From: Pseudomonadota bacterium
Lineage (GTDB): Bacteria; Pseudomonadota; Alphaproteobacteria; Rhizobiales; Rhizobiaceae
Reading direction: 5' to 3'
Assembly (NCBI GenBank): GCA_038530365.1
Contig: JBCBCT010000002.1
Span: 1-55,534, forward strand
Length of the DNA stretch: 55,534 nucleotides
The notes below the pieces were generated by a model. It worked only from the letters and a program-made list of their open reading frames with translations, had not been told where the DNA came from and did no database searches. Below are positions 30,396-40,898 of the stretch, in pieces (the stretch's first letter is position 1; each line of letters begins with the position of its first letter). Position numbers and translations under genes: made by a program.

Positions 30396-31424
30396 ATGGC
30401 CCAGACGCTGAAAAAGCCCAGACCGGGTATCAAGGATGTCGCCGACCGTCTTGATGTGTCAATCATGACGGTTTCGCGGGCCCTGCGCGGCGTTGAGGGT
30501 GTGTCGCAAAATACGCGTAAACGGGTCCTCCAGGTGGCCGAAGAGCTCGGTTACAAGCCCAATTACAACGCCCGCTCCCTGGCCGGGGCTCGGTCGCGCT
30601 TAATTGGTGTGAGCATCCCCACGCTGTTTGATGAGGTGTTTGCTGAAATCCTCACCGTGGCACGGACGGCGCTGGAACGCAGCGGCTTTGACCTCATCAT
30701 CGAAACCAGCAGTTATGATTTGGAAAGCGAAAGCGTTTGGGTGGATCGCGTGCTAAAATGGGCCCCCGCCGGTCTCATCGTAACCGGTGTTGACCATTCG
30801 CCAGCCGCTGTGGAACGCCTGCGCGACGCGGACATTCCGATCGTGGAGATCTGGGACTACACCAACACCCCCATCGACGTCTGTGTGGGCCTTGATCACG
30901 AAGAGGCGGGGCGGCTGGCCGCGCAGCATCTTTTGGACGCGGGATATCGCAACGCGTGTTTGGTGGGTATTTTGGAAGACCGCGATCCGCGGGCTGAAAA
31001 GCGGTTTGCGAGTTTTGCCCGGCATTTTGGTGCGGCTGGTGGCGTTGCGGTTCACCGGGTGGATATGCAGCCCTCGTTTGAGGCTGGCCAGGCAGCGGTC
31101 CTGAAGATGGAGCCGGCGGTCCGGGACGGGTTCGATTGCTTCTTTTTTCTCAACGACCACCTGGCTTTTGGCGGGCTGTGCGCGCTTCAGGCGCTGGGGG
31201 TGTCGGTGCCCGATGATGTGGGGGTGATGGGATTTAACGATCTGTGCATCAACGCGGTGCTCCCACGGCCCATTACAACTATCGCTACGGAACGGGATGC
31301 CATGGGCAATTTGGCGGCCAACCGGATGCTCAGTCGCATTAACGGCGCGCGGACCCCTGCGGCGACCCAAGTGCCGGTCAAGATCAAACTTGGAGCAACC
31401 ACCGTCAAAGCGCGCGGGGGCTAG
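30396..31424 (+). CDS. LacI-family transcriptional regulator (GntR/IdnR-like)
   Basis: IKDVADRLDVSIMTVSRAL HTH, LGYKPN, IPIVEIWD. Confidence 0.92.
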   Translation: MAQTLKKPRPGIKDVADRLDVSIMTVSRALRGVEGVSQNTRKRVLQVAEELGYKPNYNARSLAGARSRLIGVSIPTLFDEVFAEILTVARTALERSGFDLIIETSSYDLESESVWVDRVLKWAPAGLIVTGVDHSPAAVERLRDADIPIVEIWDYTNTPIDVCVGLDHEEAGRLAAQHLLDAGYRNACLVGILEDRDPRAEKRFASFARHFGAAGGVAVHRVDMQPSFEAGQAAVLKMEPAVRDGFDCFFFLNDHLAFGGLCALQALGVSVPDDVGVMGFNDLCINAVLPRPITTIATERDAMGNLAANRMLSRINGARTPAATQVPVKIKLGATTVKARGG

Positions 31425-31431
31425 TGGGTCG

Positions 31432-32508
31432 ATGGCGCCACTTCCAAAACGCAAACCAACGATGATGGACGTCGCGCGGGAAGCCGGGGTGTCGTCCATG
31501 ACGGTCTCGCGGGCGTTTCGGGATGCTTCCACCATCAACAAGGAGACGCGGGCGCGCATCCACCAGGCCGCAGATCGCCTCGGCTATCTTTATGACAGCA
31601 CGGCGGCGGGGCTGTCTTCGCGCAAAACGGGGTTTGTTGCGGTTACCATTCCTTCCATCGACAACCATAACTTTGCTGAAACCGTTCAAGGGTTGAGCGA
31701 TGGCCTGAAGGATAGCCGGTTGCAGCTGCTCCTCGCCCATACCGGGTATGATTGGCACAATGAAGAACGGTTGATCCGCCAGCTTCTCACCCGCCGCCCC
31801 GAAGCGCTTGTGACCACCGGCGGTGCGCACACCCCCGCTTGCCGCTCTTTCCTTGAGACTGCGGGCATACCGGTGATTGAATTGTGGGACAGGCCAGATC
31901 AGCCGATTGACCGCTCTATTGGCTTTTCCAACGCCTCTTTGGCCGGCCTTCTGGTGACGCATCTGGTGGACAGCGGGCGCACGCGCATTGGATTTATCGG
32001 CGGGGACACGCAGCGCGACACGCGGGGGACCGACCGCCGTCGCGGTTTTATGGCGGCTATGGTCGCCCGCGGTTTGGACGCCTCCCGGCTGGAGGGCGCA
32101 GGCACGGCTCCCATCACCATGGCGGAAAGTGCAGCCGCTTTTCGGCGCCTGAAAGACCGCTGGCCCGACACGGAGGCGGTGATATGCGTGTCTGATCCGG
32201 CGGCCTTTGGCGCGCTATCGGCGTGCCAAAGCGCGGGGATCGCTGTCCCTGACGCCATGGCGATTGCGGGATTCGGGGCCTATGACATATCGGAGGTGTG
32301 CGTTCCCTCCATTACCACGATTGATCCGCGAAGCTACGATATCGGTTCAACCGCCGCTGGCTTGATTTTGGACGTTTTGTCGACCTCCGATGGCCTGGGC
32401 AGGGCTGATGGTGTTGGGGCGTCTTTGAGTGCTGAAAGACATATTGAGATGCCGACTTCCCTGGTTGTTCGGCAATCCACCGGGCCCAATGGCAAGGCCC
32501 GGCCCTGA
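31432..32508 (+). CDS. LacI-family transcriptional regulator (GntR/IdnR-like)
   Basis: PTMMDVAREAGVSSMTVSRAF HTH, IPVIELWD, IAGFG. Start moved to ATG at 31432. Confidence 0.92.
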   Translation: MAPLPKRKPTMMDVAREAGVSSMTVSRAFRDASTINKETRARIHQAADRLGYLYDSTAAGLSSRKTGFVAVTIPSIDNHNFAETVQGLSDGLKDSRLQLLLAHTGYDWHNEERLIRQLLTRRPEALVTTGGAHTPACRSFLETAGIPVIELWDRPDQPIDRSIGFSNASLAGLLVTHLVDSGRTRIGFIGGDTQRDTRGTDRRRGFMAAMVARGLDASRLEGAGTAPITMAESAAAFRRLKDRWPDTEAVICVSDPAAFGALSACQSAGIAVPDAMAIAGFGAYDISEVCVPSITTIDPRSYDIGSTAAGLILDVLSTSDGLGRADGVGASLSAERHIEMPTSLVVRQSTGPNGKARP

Positions 32509-32638
32509 TTTCCTTTGATGAGTGTTCGGGCGATGTGAGGGCTGTTCCCGCCGGTTGTCATCACATTTTGTGCAAATGGGTGGACAGTTGCAGGGTTTTA
32601 TGTCCACATTTTTGTAGGGTGAGGGAGCGCCCTTAGGA

Positions 32639-33394
32639 ATGACCGGAAGAAAAGACGTCCATAACTCTGACATCCCTGTTGTGTGTCAGGCCTGCGAAGC
32701 GCGTCACAAAGGGGTTTGCGGCGCCCTGTCGGAAGAGCAGCTTCTTCGATTGAGCAAAAGCACCACCAAAAGCATGCATGGCCGTGATGCCATCCTTGCC
32801 GATGCTGCCAGCGATAACCCTGACACCTATGCCAACATCCTCAGCGGCGTCGTTAAGCTCACCAAGCTCATGCCCGATGGCCGTCAGCAGATCGTGGGGT
32901 TGCAGTTTGCGCCTGATCTGACCGGTCGTCCCATGGCTGCAAACGATGATGTGATCGCAGAGGCGGCCACCAACGTGCGTTTGTGTTCGTTCCCGCGGGC
33001 TGTTCTGGAAGACATGCTTACGGAATCGCCTGAAATGGAACGCCGGCTGCACCGTCAAACCTTGGCGGAGCTGGAGGAGGCGCGCACCTGGCTTTTGACC
33101 TTGGGGCGGAAATCGGCGGCGGAGAAGTTGGCAAGTTTTTTGGTTTTGATTGCCGATCATCTCGATCCAGAGCACCCCGAAGGTGAAATGATCGAGTTTG
33201 AACTGCCGCTGAAACGCGCCGATATCGCAGATTTTCTGGGGCTGACGACGGAAACCATCAGCCGGCAAATGACGAATTTGCGCAAACGGGGACTAATCAA
33301 TCTCGTGGACCGGCGCATTATCGCTGTGCCGGACCTCGCCCGGCTGCGCCGTGCCGGGGAACATGACCCGGCGCGGGCGTCAAACAGCCTTTGA
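32639..33394 (+). CDS. Crp/Fnr-family regulator, FnrN/FnrL type (probable Fe-S oxygen sensor)
   Basis: N-terminal CQACEARHKGVC plus central LCSF cysteine; HTH RADIADFLGLTTETISR. Confidence 0.9.
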   Translation: MTGRKDVHNSDIPVVCQACEARHKGVCGALSEEQLLRLSKSTTKSMHGRDAILADAASDNPDTYANILSGVVKLTKLMPDGRQQIVGLQFAPDLTGRPMAANDDVIAEAATNVRLCSFPRAVLEDMLTESPEMERRLHRQTLAELEEARTWLLTLGRKSAAEKLASFLVLIADHLDPEHPEGEMIEFELPLKRADIADFLGLTTETISRQMTNLRKRGLINLVDRRIIAVPDLARLRRAGEHDPARASNSL

Positions 33395-34867
33395 AAACCT
33401 AAAGTTGCTTTGCGGTAAATACGCGTCGAATTGCGCGGCGATCAGCCGGACGTAGGCACGCCCCGAGATTTGAACCGAAAATTCTGTGTCCGAGCAGTCC
33501 ACCGTGTCAAACGTTCGTGCTGTGCCAACCCGTTTCAATTCCGCGATATAGGGCGTGGCGGCAGCCCCAAAGCGCTGGGTGAGAGCTTCGAAACTGACCC
33601 GCAAATGGCACATCAATTGTTCGATCATGTAAGCGCGTATGATGTCGTCCTGGGTCAGGCGATAGCCTTTGTCGAAGGGTAGGTTTCCGTTTGCGACCTT
33701 ATCTTTGTAGGCGTGGGTGGAGACGCAATTTTGGATGAAACCGTGTTGGGATTTTCCGATTGAGGACGCGCCAAGTCCGATGAGCGTGTCGCAGGTATCG
33801 GTCGTGTAGCCTTGGAAATTCCGACGCAGGGAGCCGTCTTGTGCCGCTTGTGAAAGCGTGTCCGTGGGCTTGGCAAAATGGTCGATCCCGATCGTTTGGT
33901 ATCCGGCAGCCTCCAGTTCCATGGCGGCAGCCCCCGCTTGATCCAGCCGTTCTGCGGTGCCGGGGAGAGTGTCTTTGGCGATCATGTTTTGATGCTTTTT
34001 CACCCACGGCACATGGGCGTAGCCAAACAGGGCAACGCGGTCTGGTTCAAGGCTGATGACCTGATCAATCGTCTTGCGCACCCGGCTCAGGGTTTGATGG
34101 GGAAGACCGTAGAGCGCATCAATGTTGAGCGAATGGATCCCGGCACCGCGCAAAAGCTCCACCACGGCTGTTGTGTCTTCAAAGCTTTGGGGTCGGTTGA
34201 TGGCCTTTTGGACGATGGGGTCGAAGTCCTGCACCCCGATGCTGGCCCGCGTCATGCCCAAATGAGCGAAGGCGTCCATCGCCTCACTTTGATTTTGGAT
34301 GACGTCGGTGGGGTCGATTTCGATGCTGATTTCTGTCTTGTTTTCTTTCCCGTCTGCAAAGGAAAACGTGCCCCGCAGAGCTTTGCCCAAACGGGCCGCA
34401 TCCTTAGCGCGGATCATGCTGGGGGAGCCGCCGCCGAAGTGTAGATGGGCAACCGGAAGTTTTTGGCCCTGATCGTCTTTAGGGAGGGCCGCGCCCAGCA
34501 GTTTGATTTCGTGGATCAGACTGTCGATGTAGCTCTCAATCGGCTCGTAGCGCAGCGTGTGCTTGGTGTTGCAGCCGCAAAACCAGCACAGTTTATCGCA
34601 AAACGGGATGTGCACGTAGACCGACACCGGCATAGTGGGATCGAGGGTTGCGTAGCTTTCCGCCCCGAGAGTTTCGCCAATGCCGGTTTGGAAATGCGGC
34701 GCTGTTGGATAGCTGGTATAGCGCGGCACGCTGCGGCTTAGGGCAGGGTGCGCTGCGCCGTTGCCGACTGTTTCAGATGATGGCCCTTTGTTTAGGGGCC
34801 TTTCCTTAGACGGCTGGGAGGTAAGCCGCGAAGGCTTGGGAGCAGAAGGCGACACGGGCGCTTTCAT
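33380..34867 (-). CDS. hemN: Oxygen-independent coproporphyrinogen III oxidase
   Basis: PRYTSYPTAPHF, YVHIPFCDKLCWFCGC radical-SAM motif, HFGGGSP, RRNFQGYTT. Confidence 0.96.
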   Translation of the reverse strand: MKAPVSPSAPKPSRLTSQPSKERPLNKGPSSETVGNGAAHPALSRSVPRYTSYPTAPHFQTGIGETLGAESYATLDPTMPVSVYVHIPFCDKLCWFCGCNTKHTLRYEPIESYIDSLIHEIKLLGAALPKDDQGQKLPVAHLHFGGGSPSMIRAKDAARLGKALRGTFSFADGKENKTEISIEIDPTDVIQNQSEAMDAFAHLGMTRASIGVQDFDPIVQKAINRPQSFEDTTAVVELLRGAGIHSLNIDALYGLPHQTLSRVRKTIDQVISLEPDRVALFGYAHVPWVKKHQNMIAKDTLPGTAERLDQAGAAAMELEAAGYQTIGIDHFAKPTDTLSQAAQDGSLRRNFQGYTTDTCDTLIGLGASSIGKSQHGFIQNCVSTHAYKDKVANGNLPFDKGYRLTQDDIIRAYMIEQLMCHLRVSFEALTQRFGAAATPYIAELKRVGTARTFDTVDCSDTEFSVQISGRAYVRLIAAQFDAYLPQSNFRFSKAV

Positions 34868-35361
34868 GATGCGGCCTTCGCTGTAGCCTTTCCGCCGTTG
34901 ACGGTGTGCAAGGTCGCTGCGGGCTTCAACATGGGCACAAGGTGTTCAACTTCAAAGGCCATGTGGCGGCGCAGGCCACCAAAAAAGCCCCGCAGCATGT
35001 AGCCCATTTTATCACTGTCGAGGCTTTTGTCGCCGCTGCCAAAGGCGATGAGCCCTTCGGTCACTTCCTCGGCAAAACTCTCGTCCTCCCAATGTTCAAA
35101 CCGCAAGCGCTCCAGGCTTTTCGTCAACTCGGTGGCGTTTCCGTGCACATCTTCCAGCAGTGGAAACAGGGTTTTCTCTTCAAAATCGTGGGCTTTCTTC
35201 ACCGTTGGAAAAACCTGACGGGCCGCCGCAAGGCAGCGCTGGCGATCAACATCCTTGGGGTCTTCAGGAAGATCATCGGCAATCGCCTCAAGCAAGTCGC
35301 AAAGTTTGGTTTGCGCCTGATGGCATTTTTCCAGTTCGCGGGAGACCTGTTCAAACGGCAT
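34864..35361 (-). CDS. Hemerythrin-like domain protein
   Basis: H...LCDLLEAIADDLP, HDFEE, RLRFEHWED, GYMLRGFFGGLRRHMAFE (HxxxE motifs); ATGA overlap with hemN. Start moved to ATG at 35361. Confidence 0.8.
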   Translation of the reverse strand: MPFEQVSRELEKCHQAQTKLCDLLEAIADDLPEDPKDVDRQRCLAAARQVFPTVKKAHDFEEKTLFPLLEDVHGNATELTKSLERLRFEHWEDESFAEEVTEGLIAFGSGDKSLDSDKMGYMLRGFFGGLRRHMAFEVEHLVPMLKPAATLHTVNGGKATAKAAS

Positions 35362-35478
35362 GGTGCCACCTTTTAGGGTTTGGGGACGGCTTTGGGGACG
35401 GGGTTTGCCGCCGAGAACAGTGGGCAGCTCATTGGCAGTCCATGGCTTCACTATAGGGGCAGCCCGAACGCATTTTCC

Positions 35479-35492
35479 TTGATCTGGATCAA
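35479..35492. promoter_or_regulatory. FNR/FixK box
   Basis: Exact TTGAT-CTGG-ATCAA between the divergent hemerythrin-hemN and ccoN genes. Confidence 0.9.
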
Positions 35493-35611
35493 CGAAGTTC
35501 CCTTGGTTCAAGGACATTCAAAGGGGGCCGAACTGCGTGCGGTCCCGCCTTCATTGTGCGCCCGTTTGTGTCTCAACGCCCGTTCGGTTGAGCCGAAAAG
35601 GGAGCTTTTTG

Positions 35612-37252
35612 ATGAAAAACGGAACCGAAGCCATCCTGTTGGGTGTTGCGACTTTCCTGGCCTTTTTGGTGGCTGGTTTTGCCCAGGACGCATTGTTTCA
35701 GGCCCACATGTGGGTCTTGTGTGCGGTGCTGGCGCTAACGACCCTGGTGCTGATGCGCCGGGTTGAATTCGCGCCCGCCGGACAGTCCTTTCCGCCACCG
35801 GATCGATCTGGATATATGGATGAGGTCATTCGCTACGGTGTGGTGACCACGCTGTTTTGGGGTATTGTTGGATTTCTGGTTGGGGTGGTGATTGCCGCTC
35901 AGCTGGCCTACCCGATCCTCAACATTGAACCATGGTTCAACTTTGGACGCCTACGCCCGCTGCATACGTCCGCCGTGATTTTTGCCTTTGGCGGCAATGC
36001 GCTGATTTGTACGAGTTTTTACATCGTCCAACGCACCTGCCGGGCGCGTCTGTTTGGCGGAAATCTCGCCTGGTTTGTCTTCTGGGGCTATCAGCTGTTC
36101 ATCGTCATGGCGGCCACCGGCTACCTGTTGGGCATCACCCAGTCGAAGGAATATGCAGAGCCGGAATGGTATGTGGATCTGTGGCTCACCGTTGTTTGGG
36201 TGGCCTATCTGGTCGTCTTTGTCGGCACGCTGGTGAAGCGAAAAGAGCCGCATATTTACGTCGCAAACTGGTTCCTGCTGTCGTTCATTATCACGGTTGC
36301 GATGTTGCATCTGGTGAACAACGCCTCTGTGCCTGTCTCGTTTCTGGGCGTGAAAAGCTACAGCGCCTTTGCCGGTGTGCAGGATGCGCTGACCCAGTGG
36401 TGGTACGGCCACAACGCGGTGGGTTTTTTCCTGACGGCGGGCTTCCTGGGCATGATGTATTATTTCGTGCCGAAGCAGGCCGGACGTCCGGTTTTCTCCT
36501 ACCGCCTGTCCATCATTCACTTTTGGGCGCTGATCTTCCTCTACATCTGGGCCAGTCCGCACCACCTCCATTACACAGCGCTCCCTGATTGGGCGCAGAC
36601 GCTGGGCATGGTGTTTTCCATCATGCTTTGGATGCCCTCATGGGGCGGCATGATTAACGGTCTGATGACGCTGCAAGGCGCTTGGGACAAGCTGCGCACC
36701 GACCCTGTTTTGCGCATGTTTGTGATCTCGCTGGCCTTCTACGGCATGTCCACCTTCGAAGGGCCGATGATGTCGATCAAGTCGGTGAACTCCCTGTCCC
36801 ACTATACGGACTGGACCATCGGTCATGTGCATTCCGGTGCATTGGGGTGGAACGGCATGATCACGTTCGGCGCGCTCTACTATCTGGTGCCGAAATTGTG
36901 GAACCGCGAACGGCTGTACTCGCTTCGTCTGGTGAACTGGCACCTGTGGCTCGCAACCCTCGGCATCGTTGTCTACGCCGCCGTGATGTGGGTTGCCGGG
37001 ATCACCCAGGGCCTGATGTGGCGTGAATATGATGACCAGGGCTTCTTGGCTCGCTCGTTCATCGAAACCGTGTCGGCCATTCACCCCGAATACGTCATGC
37101 GGGTATTTGGCGGCCTGCTCTACCTCGGTGGCGCATTGGTCATGGCCTACAACATCTGGCGCACCGTCCGTGGCGACATCCGTGAGGAAGTCCCCATGGG
37201 TGGATTGGCGGGGAGCCGCGAGCCAAGCCCTGCGCCGGCCGCAGCTGAATAA
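35612..37252 (+). CDS. ccoN: cbb3-type cytochrome c oxidase subunit I
   Basis: [53 protein letters not shown]. Start moved to ATG at 35612. Confidence 0.97.
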   Translation: MKNGTEAILLGVATFLAFLVAGFAQDALFQAHMWVLCAVLALTTLVLMRRVEFAPAGQSFPPPDRSGYMDEVIRYGVVTTLFWGIVGFLVGVVIAAQLAYPILNIEPWFNFGRLRPLHTSAVIFAFGGNALICTSFYIVQRTCRARLFGGNLAWFVFWGYQLFIVMAATGYLLGITQSKEYAEPEWYVDLWLTVVWVAYLVVFVGTLVKRKEPHIYVANWFLLSFIITVAMLHLVNNASVPVSFLGVKSYSAFAGVQDALTQWWYGHNAVGFFLTAGFLGMMYYFVPKQAGRPVFSYRLSIIHFWALIFLYIWASPHHLHYTALPDWAQTLGMVFSIMLWMPSWGGMINGLMTLQGAWDKLRTDPVLRMFVISLAFYGMSTFEGPMMSIKSVNSLSHYTDWTIGHVHSGALGWNGMITFGALYYLVPKLWNRERLYSLRLVNWHLWLATLGIVVYAAVMWVAGITQGLMWREYDDQGFLARSFIETVSAIHPEYVMRVFGGLLYLGGALVMAYNIWRTVRGDIREEVPMGGLAGSREPSPAPAAAE

Positions 37253-37267
37253 GAGGGAAATGAAACC

Positions 37268-37999
37268 ATGGGATTTCTAGACCAACACAAAAAACTGGAG
37301 CGCAATGTTTCGCTCCTGTTCGTGGGTTCGCTGGTTGCTGTTCTGATCGGTGGGATCGTGGAGATCGTTCCACTGTTCTACGTGAAGAACACCATCGAAA
37401 AGGTGGAGGGCATGCGCCCCTACACGCCGCTGGAACTGGCCGGGCGCAACATCTACATCCGGGAAGGGTGTTATGTGTGCCACAGCCAGATGATCCGCCC
37501 GTTCAGAGACGAGGTGGAGCGGTACGGACATTATTCGCTGGCGGCGGAATCGATGTATGACCATCCGTTCCAATGGGGCTCCAAGCGCACCGGACCGGAC
37601 TTGGCCCGGGTCGGTGGACGCTACTCAGATGAGTGGCACGTGCAGCATTTGATCAATCCACGGAACGTCGTTCCAGAATCGATCATGCCGCCCTACAGCT
37701 TCCTGGCGAAAACCGATCTGTCCTTCAAAGGCTTTGAAAACCATCTGAAAGCCAACGCGGCTGTGGGCGTGCCCTACACGCCGGAGATGATCCAAAACGC
37801 GGTGGCAGACCTGAAGGCCCAGGCCGATCCGGATGCCGACACCGATGGCTTGGAAGAGCGGTACAAGAAGATTTCGATCCGCGACTTCGACGGTAACCCC
37901 GCCAAGCTCACCGAGATGGATGCGCTGGTTGCCTATCTCCAGATGTTGGGCACGCTGGTCGATTTCAAAGCCTACAAACAAGCTGAAAACCTGCGCTGA
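37268..37999 (+). CDS. ccoO: cbb3-type cytochrome c oxidase subunit II
   Basis: [31 protein letters not shown]. Confidence 0.97.
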   Translation: MGFLDQHKKLERNVSLLFVGSLVAVLIGGIVEIVPLFYVKNTIEKVEGMRPYTPLELAGRNIYIREGCYVCHSQMIRPFRDEVERYGHYSLAAESMYDHPFQWGSKRTGPDLARVGGRYSDEWHVQHLINPRNVVPESIMPPYSFLAKTDLSFKGFENHLKANAAVGVPYTPEMIQNAVADLKAQADPDADTDGLEERYKKISIRDFDGNPAKLTEMDALVAYLQMLGTLVDFKAYKQAENLR

Positions 38000-38013
38000 G
38001 AAAGGACGAACAC

Positions 38014-38175
38014 ATGGAACACTCGCTCTACAATTTCCTGCGCCACATGGCCGACTCCTGGGGACTTCTCTACATGGTCGTCCTTTTTGTCAGCGTCATT
38101 GTTTTCACGTTCCGGCCCGGCTCGCGCAAAATTGCCGATGATGTGGCCCAAATCCCTTTCAGGGAGGATCAATAA
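38014..38175 (+). CDS. ccoQ: cbb3-type cytochrome c oxidase subunit CcoQ (below ORF-track size)
   Basis: Manual translation MEHSLYNFLRHMADSWGLLYMVVLFVSVIVFTFRPGSRKIADDVAQIPFREDQ; AAGGA upstream; TAATG overlap with ccoP. Confidence 0.92.
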   Translation: MEHSLYNFLRHMADSWGLLYMVVLFVSVIVFTFRPGSRKIADDVAQIPFREDQ

Positions 38176-39083
38176 TGTCGAACTTAGAAAAACCGGGCCC
38201 TGACAAGCTGGATACTGACGAACCCACCGGCGTCGACACCACCGGCCACGAGTGGGACGGCATCAAAGAGTTGAACAATCCGCTGCCGCGCTGGTGGCTA
38301 TGGACCTTCTACGCAACGATCGTCTTTGCGGTGGGCTACATGATTGCTTATCCGGCAATTCCACTTCTGGAAGGCGCAACGGCGGGGGTTTTGGGCACCA
38401 CAAACCGCTCGGCGTTGAAGGCTGAAATAGCGGCGGTCGACGAAAGCCGCCGGGATATCGTCGCCAAACTGCGCGACACCGATCTTGAAGACATCCGCAA
38501 GAATGAAAACCTGGTGCGTTTTGCTCAGGCGGGGGGCGCATCGCTCTTTAAGGTCTATTGCAGCCAGTGCCATGGCACCGGCGCCGCCGGTGGCCCAGGT
38601 TATCCCAACCTCAATGATGATGACTGGCTGTGGGGGGGTGATCTTGAAAACATCTACACCACGATTGCCCATGGCGTGCGCAACCAGGAGGATGATGACA
38701 CGCGGGAATCGGCCATGCCGGCGTTTGGTGTCGATGAGATCCTCGACCGCGACCAGATCGCCGCTGTAACAGAATATGTGCTCAAGCTCTCCGGCAAGGA
38801 CCATGATGGGGCAAAGATTGCCGCGGGACAGGAAATTTATGCGGAGAACTGTTCCGCCTGCCACGGCGACAATGGCCGCGGTGACCGTGATCTTGGCGCG
38901 CCGAACCTGGCGGATGCGATTTCGCTGTACGGCAACACACGCTCCACCATTCGGGCGCAGATCTACAACCCCAAAATGGGTGTCATGCCGCCTTGGACCG
39001 CCCGCTTAGGGGACGCGAGCATCAAGCAGCTTGCGATCTATGTCCACGCCCTTGGTGGCGGTGAAAACGCACCCACAGACTAA
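38175..39083 (+). CDS. ccoP: cbb3-type cytochrome c oxidase subunit III
   Basis: TTGHEWDGIKELNNPLPRWW; two heme motifs CSQCH and CSACH. Confidence 0.97.
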   Translation: MSNLEKPGPDKLDTDEPTGVDTTGHEWDGIKELNNPLPRWWLWTFYATIVFAVGYMIAYPAIPLLEGATAGVLGTTNRSALKAEIAAVDESRRDIVAKLRDTDLEDIRKNENLVRFAQAGGASLFKVYCSQCHGTGAAGGPGYPNLNDDDWLWGGDLENIYTTIAHGVRNQEDDDTRESAMPAFGVDEILDRDQIAAVTEYVLKLSGKDHDGAKIAAGQEIYAENCSACHGDNGRGDRDLGAPNLADAISLYGNTRSTIRAQIYNPKMGVMPPWTARLGDASIKQLAIYVHALGGGENAPTD

Positions 39084-39115
39084 GGCTCAGTCAAAACCAA
39101 AGGGAGCACACACCC

Positions 39116-40765
39116 ATGCTGGCGGACCCGTCAAACGCGCCTGCTTCTGCCTCCGCCTCTGCCGCCTCCATGCCGGCTTCGAGCGAAGATGAGGTGCAGC
39201 GGTTCGATGCGGAGGCGTTAAACGCCAAGGAGAACCAGTCGCTCTATGCGGCCCGCCAGAAAATTTTCCCCAAGCGGGCGGAGGGCGCGTTCCGCCGCTT
39301 CAAGTGGATCATCATGATCGTCACGCTGGGGATCTACTATTTTACACCTTGGCTGCGCTGGGATCGCGGTCCCGGCGCGCCGGATCAGGCTGTGTTGGTG
39401 GATATGGCCAACCGTCGGTTCTATTTCTTCTTCATCGAAATCTGGCCGCATGAATTTTTCTACGTGGCGGGTCTCTTGGTGATGGCCGGAATCGGGCTGT
39501 TCCTGCTGACCTCAACGGTGGGGCGGGCGTGGTGCGGTTATGCGTGTCCGCAAACCGTGTGGGTTGATCTGTTTCTGGTGGTGGAGCGTTTTTTTGAAGG
39601 GGAGCGCAACGCCCGCATCAAGCTCGATCAAGGGCCGTGGACCTTTGACAAAATCTGGAAACGCACGGCCAAGCACACCACGTGGGTTATCATCGGTGTT
39701 TTGACCGGTGGCGCCTGGATTTTCTATTTTGCCGATGCGCCCACCTTGGCCATGGATTTTGTGACCGGGCAGGCTGCGGCTGAAGCCTATATCACGGTCG
39801 CGATCCTGACAGCGACGACCTATGTCTTCGGCGGTTTGATGCGCGAGCAAGTGTGCATTTACATGTGCCCATGGCCGCGGGTGCAGGCTGCGATGCTGGA
39901 TGAAAACTCGCTCACCGTGACCTACAATGCATGGCGTGGTGAACAGCGCACCCATGGCTTGAAGCGAGCACGCGCGGCGGGGCAAGTGACCGGTGACTGT
40001 GTGGATTGCAATGCCTGCGTTGCCGTTTGCCCCATGGGGATCGATATCCGCGACGGCCAGCAGATGGAGTGCATCACCTGCGCGCTTTGCATTGATGCCT
40101 GTGACAGTGTGATGGACAAATTGGGGCTCGAAAAGGGTCTGATTTCCTACGCCACACTCGATGACTACGCCACCAATATGCGTCTTGCCGGCGCCACCGG
40201 TGGCACGATCGATTTAGCAGCCCACAAGACCTACGAGGATATTCGCCCGGACCGCGTACGGACAAAAACGGGAGCGTTTATCGATGCGATCCAGCACACC
40301 AGCTGGCGGTCGGTTCTGCGTCTGCGTACCTATATCTATATTGCAATCTACGCCGGCATAGGTGTTGCCATGATGACCGTCCTGGCGATGCGCGAAACCC
40401 TTGATCTTCACGTGTTGCACGATCGCAATCCGCTGTTTGTGCAGCTTTCAGACGGTTCGATCCGTAACGGTTATGAGATCAAAATCCTCAACATGCGCGG
40501 GGAAACGCGCCAGTTTTGGGTGCAGACCGTGGGGCTGGACGATGTTTTGTTGAAAGTCGCCGGATCGCGCAACAAAGCAACGCCATCGCTTTTGGTGGAA
40601 GTCACCGCGGACAAACTGCGTGCGGTCAAAATTTACGTGACCGTTCCCGCCGAAGCGCTCAAAGCCCGCCGCACGCCTTTTTCTTTCAAGGTGACGGCGC
40701 TGCGGGGGGCAGAAGCGACCCAAACCCGCACACAATTTGAAGCGCCTCCGCGGCTTTTTCAGTGA
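39116..40765 (+). CDS. ccoG: Cytochrome c oxidase accessory Fe-S protein CcoG/FixG
   Basis: GRAWCGYACPQTVW, CIYMCPWPR, CVDCNACVAVCPMGIDIR, CITCALCIDAC. Confidence 0.95.
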   Translation: MLADPSNAPASASASAASMPASSEDEVQRFDAEALNAKENQSLYAARQKIFPKRAEGAFRRFKWIIMIVTLGIYYFTPWLRWDRGPGAPDQAVLVDMANRRFYFFFIEIWPHEFFYVAGLLVMAGIGLFLLTSTVGRAWCGYACPQTVWVDLFLVVERFFEGERNARIKLDQGPWTFDKIWKRTAKHTTWVIIGVLTGGAWIFYFADAPTLAMDFVTGQAAAEAYITVAILTATTYVFGGLMREQVCIYMCPWPRVQAAMLDENSLTVTYNAWRGEQRTHGLKRARAAGQVTGDCVDCNACVAVCPMGIDIRDGQQMECITCALCIDACDSVMDKLGLEKGLISYATLDDYATNMRLAGATGGTIDLAAHKTYEDIRPDRVRTKTGAFIDAIQHTSWRSVLRLRTYIYIAIYAGIGVAMMTVLAMRETLDLHVLHDRNPLFVQLSDGSIRNGYEIKILNMRGETRQFWVQTVGLDDVLLKVAGSRNKATPSLLVEVTADKLRAVKIYVTVPAEALKARRTPFSFKVTALRGAEATQTRTQFEAPPRLFQ

Positions 40766-40817
40766 TCGGTTTTGCTGAGCCGGGCCAGTGTTTCGTTTTG
40801 CGCTCTAGGGGTGTTCC

Positions 40818-40831
40818 GTGATCTGGATCAA
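40818..40831. promoter_or_regulatory. Near-consensus FNR box upstream of ccoH
   Basis: GTGAT-CTGG-ATCAA: one mismatch, same spacer as the box at 35479. Confidence 0.7.
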
Positions 40832-40898
40832 AGATCGGACCCGCTGACCGTCCTATACCTTTGTCCAAAGCCTGTTTGACTTTGGGAGGGTAGCCACC

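Noticed and set aside
36547-36573. Cco[10 protein letters not shown] instead of the usual WAGPHHLHY
   Set aside because: Single small-residue substitution; the histidine ligands are intact.
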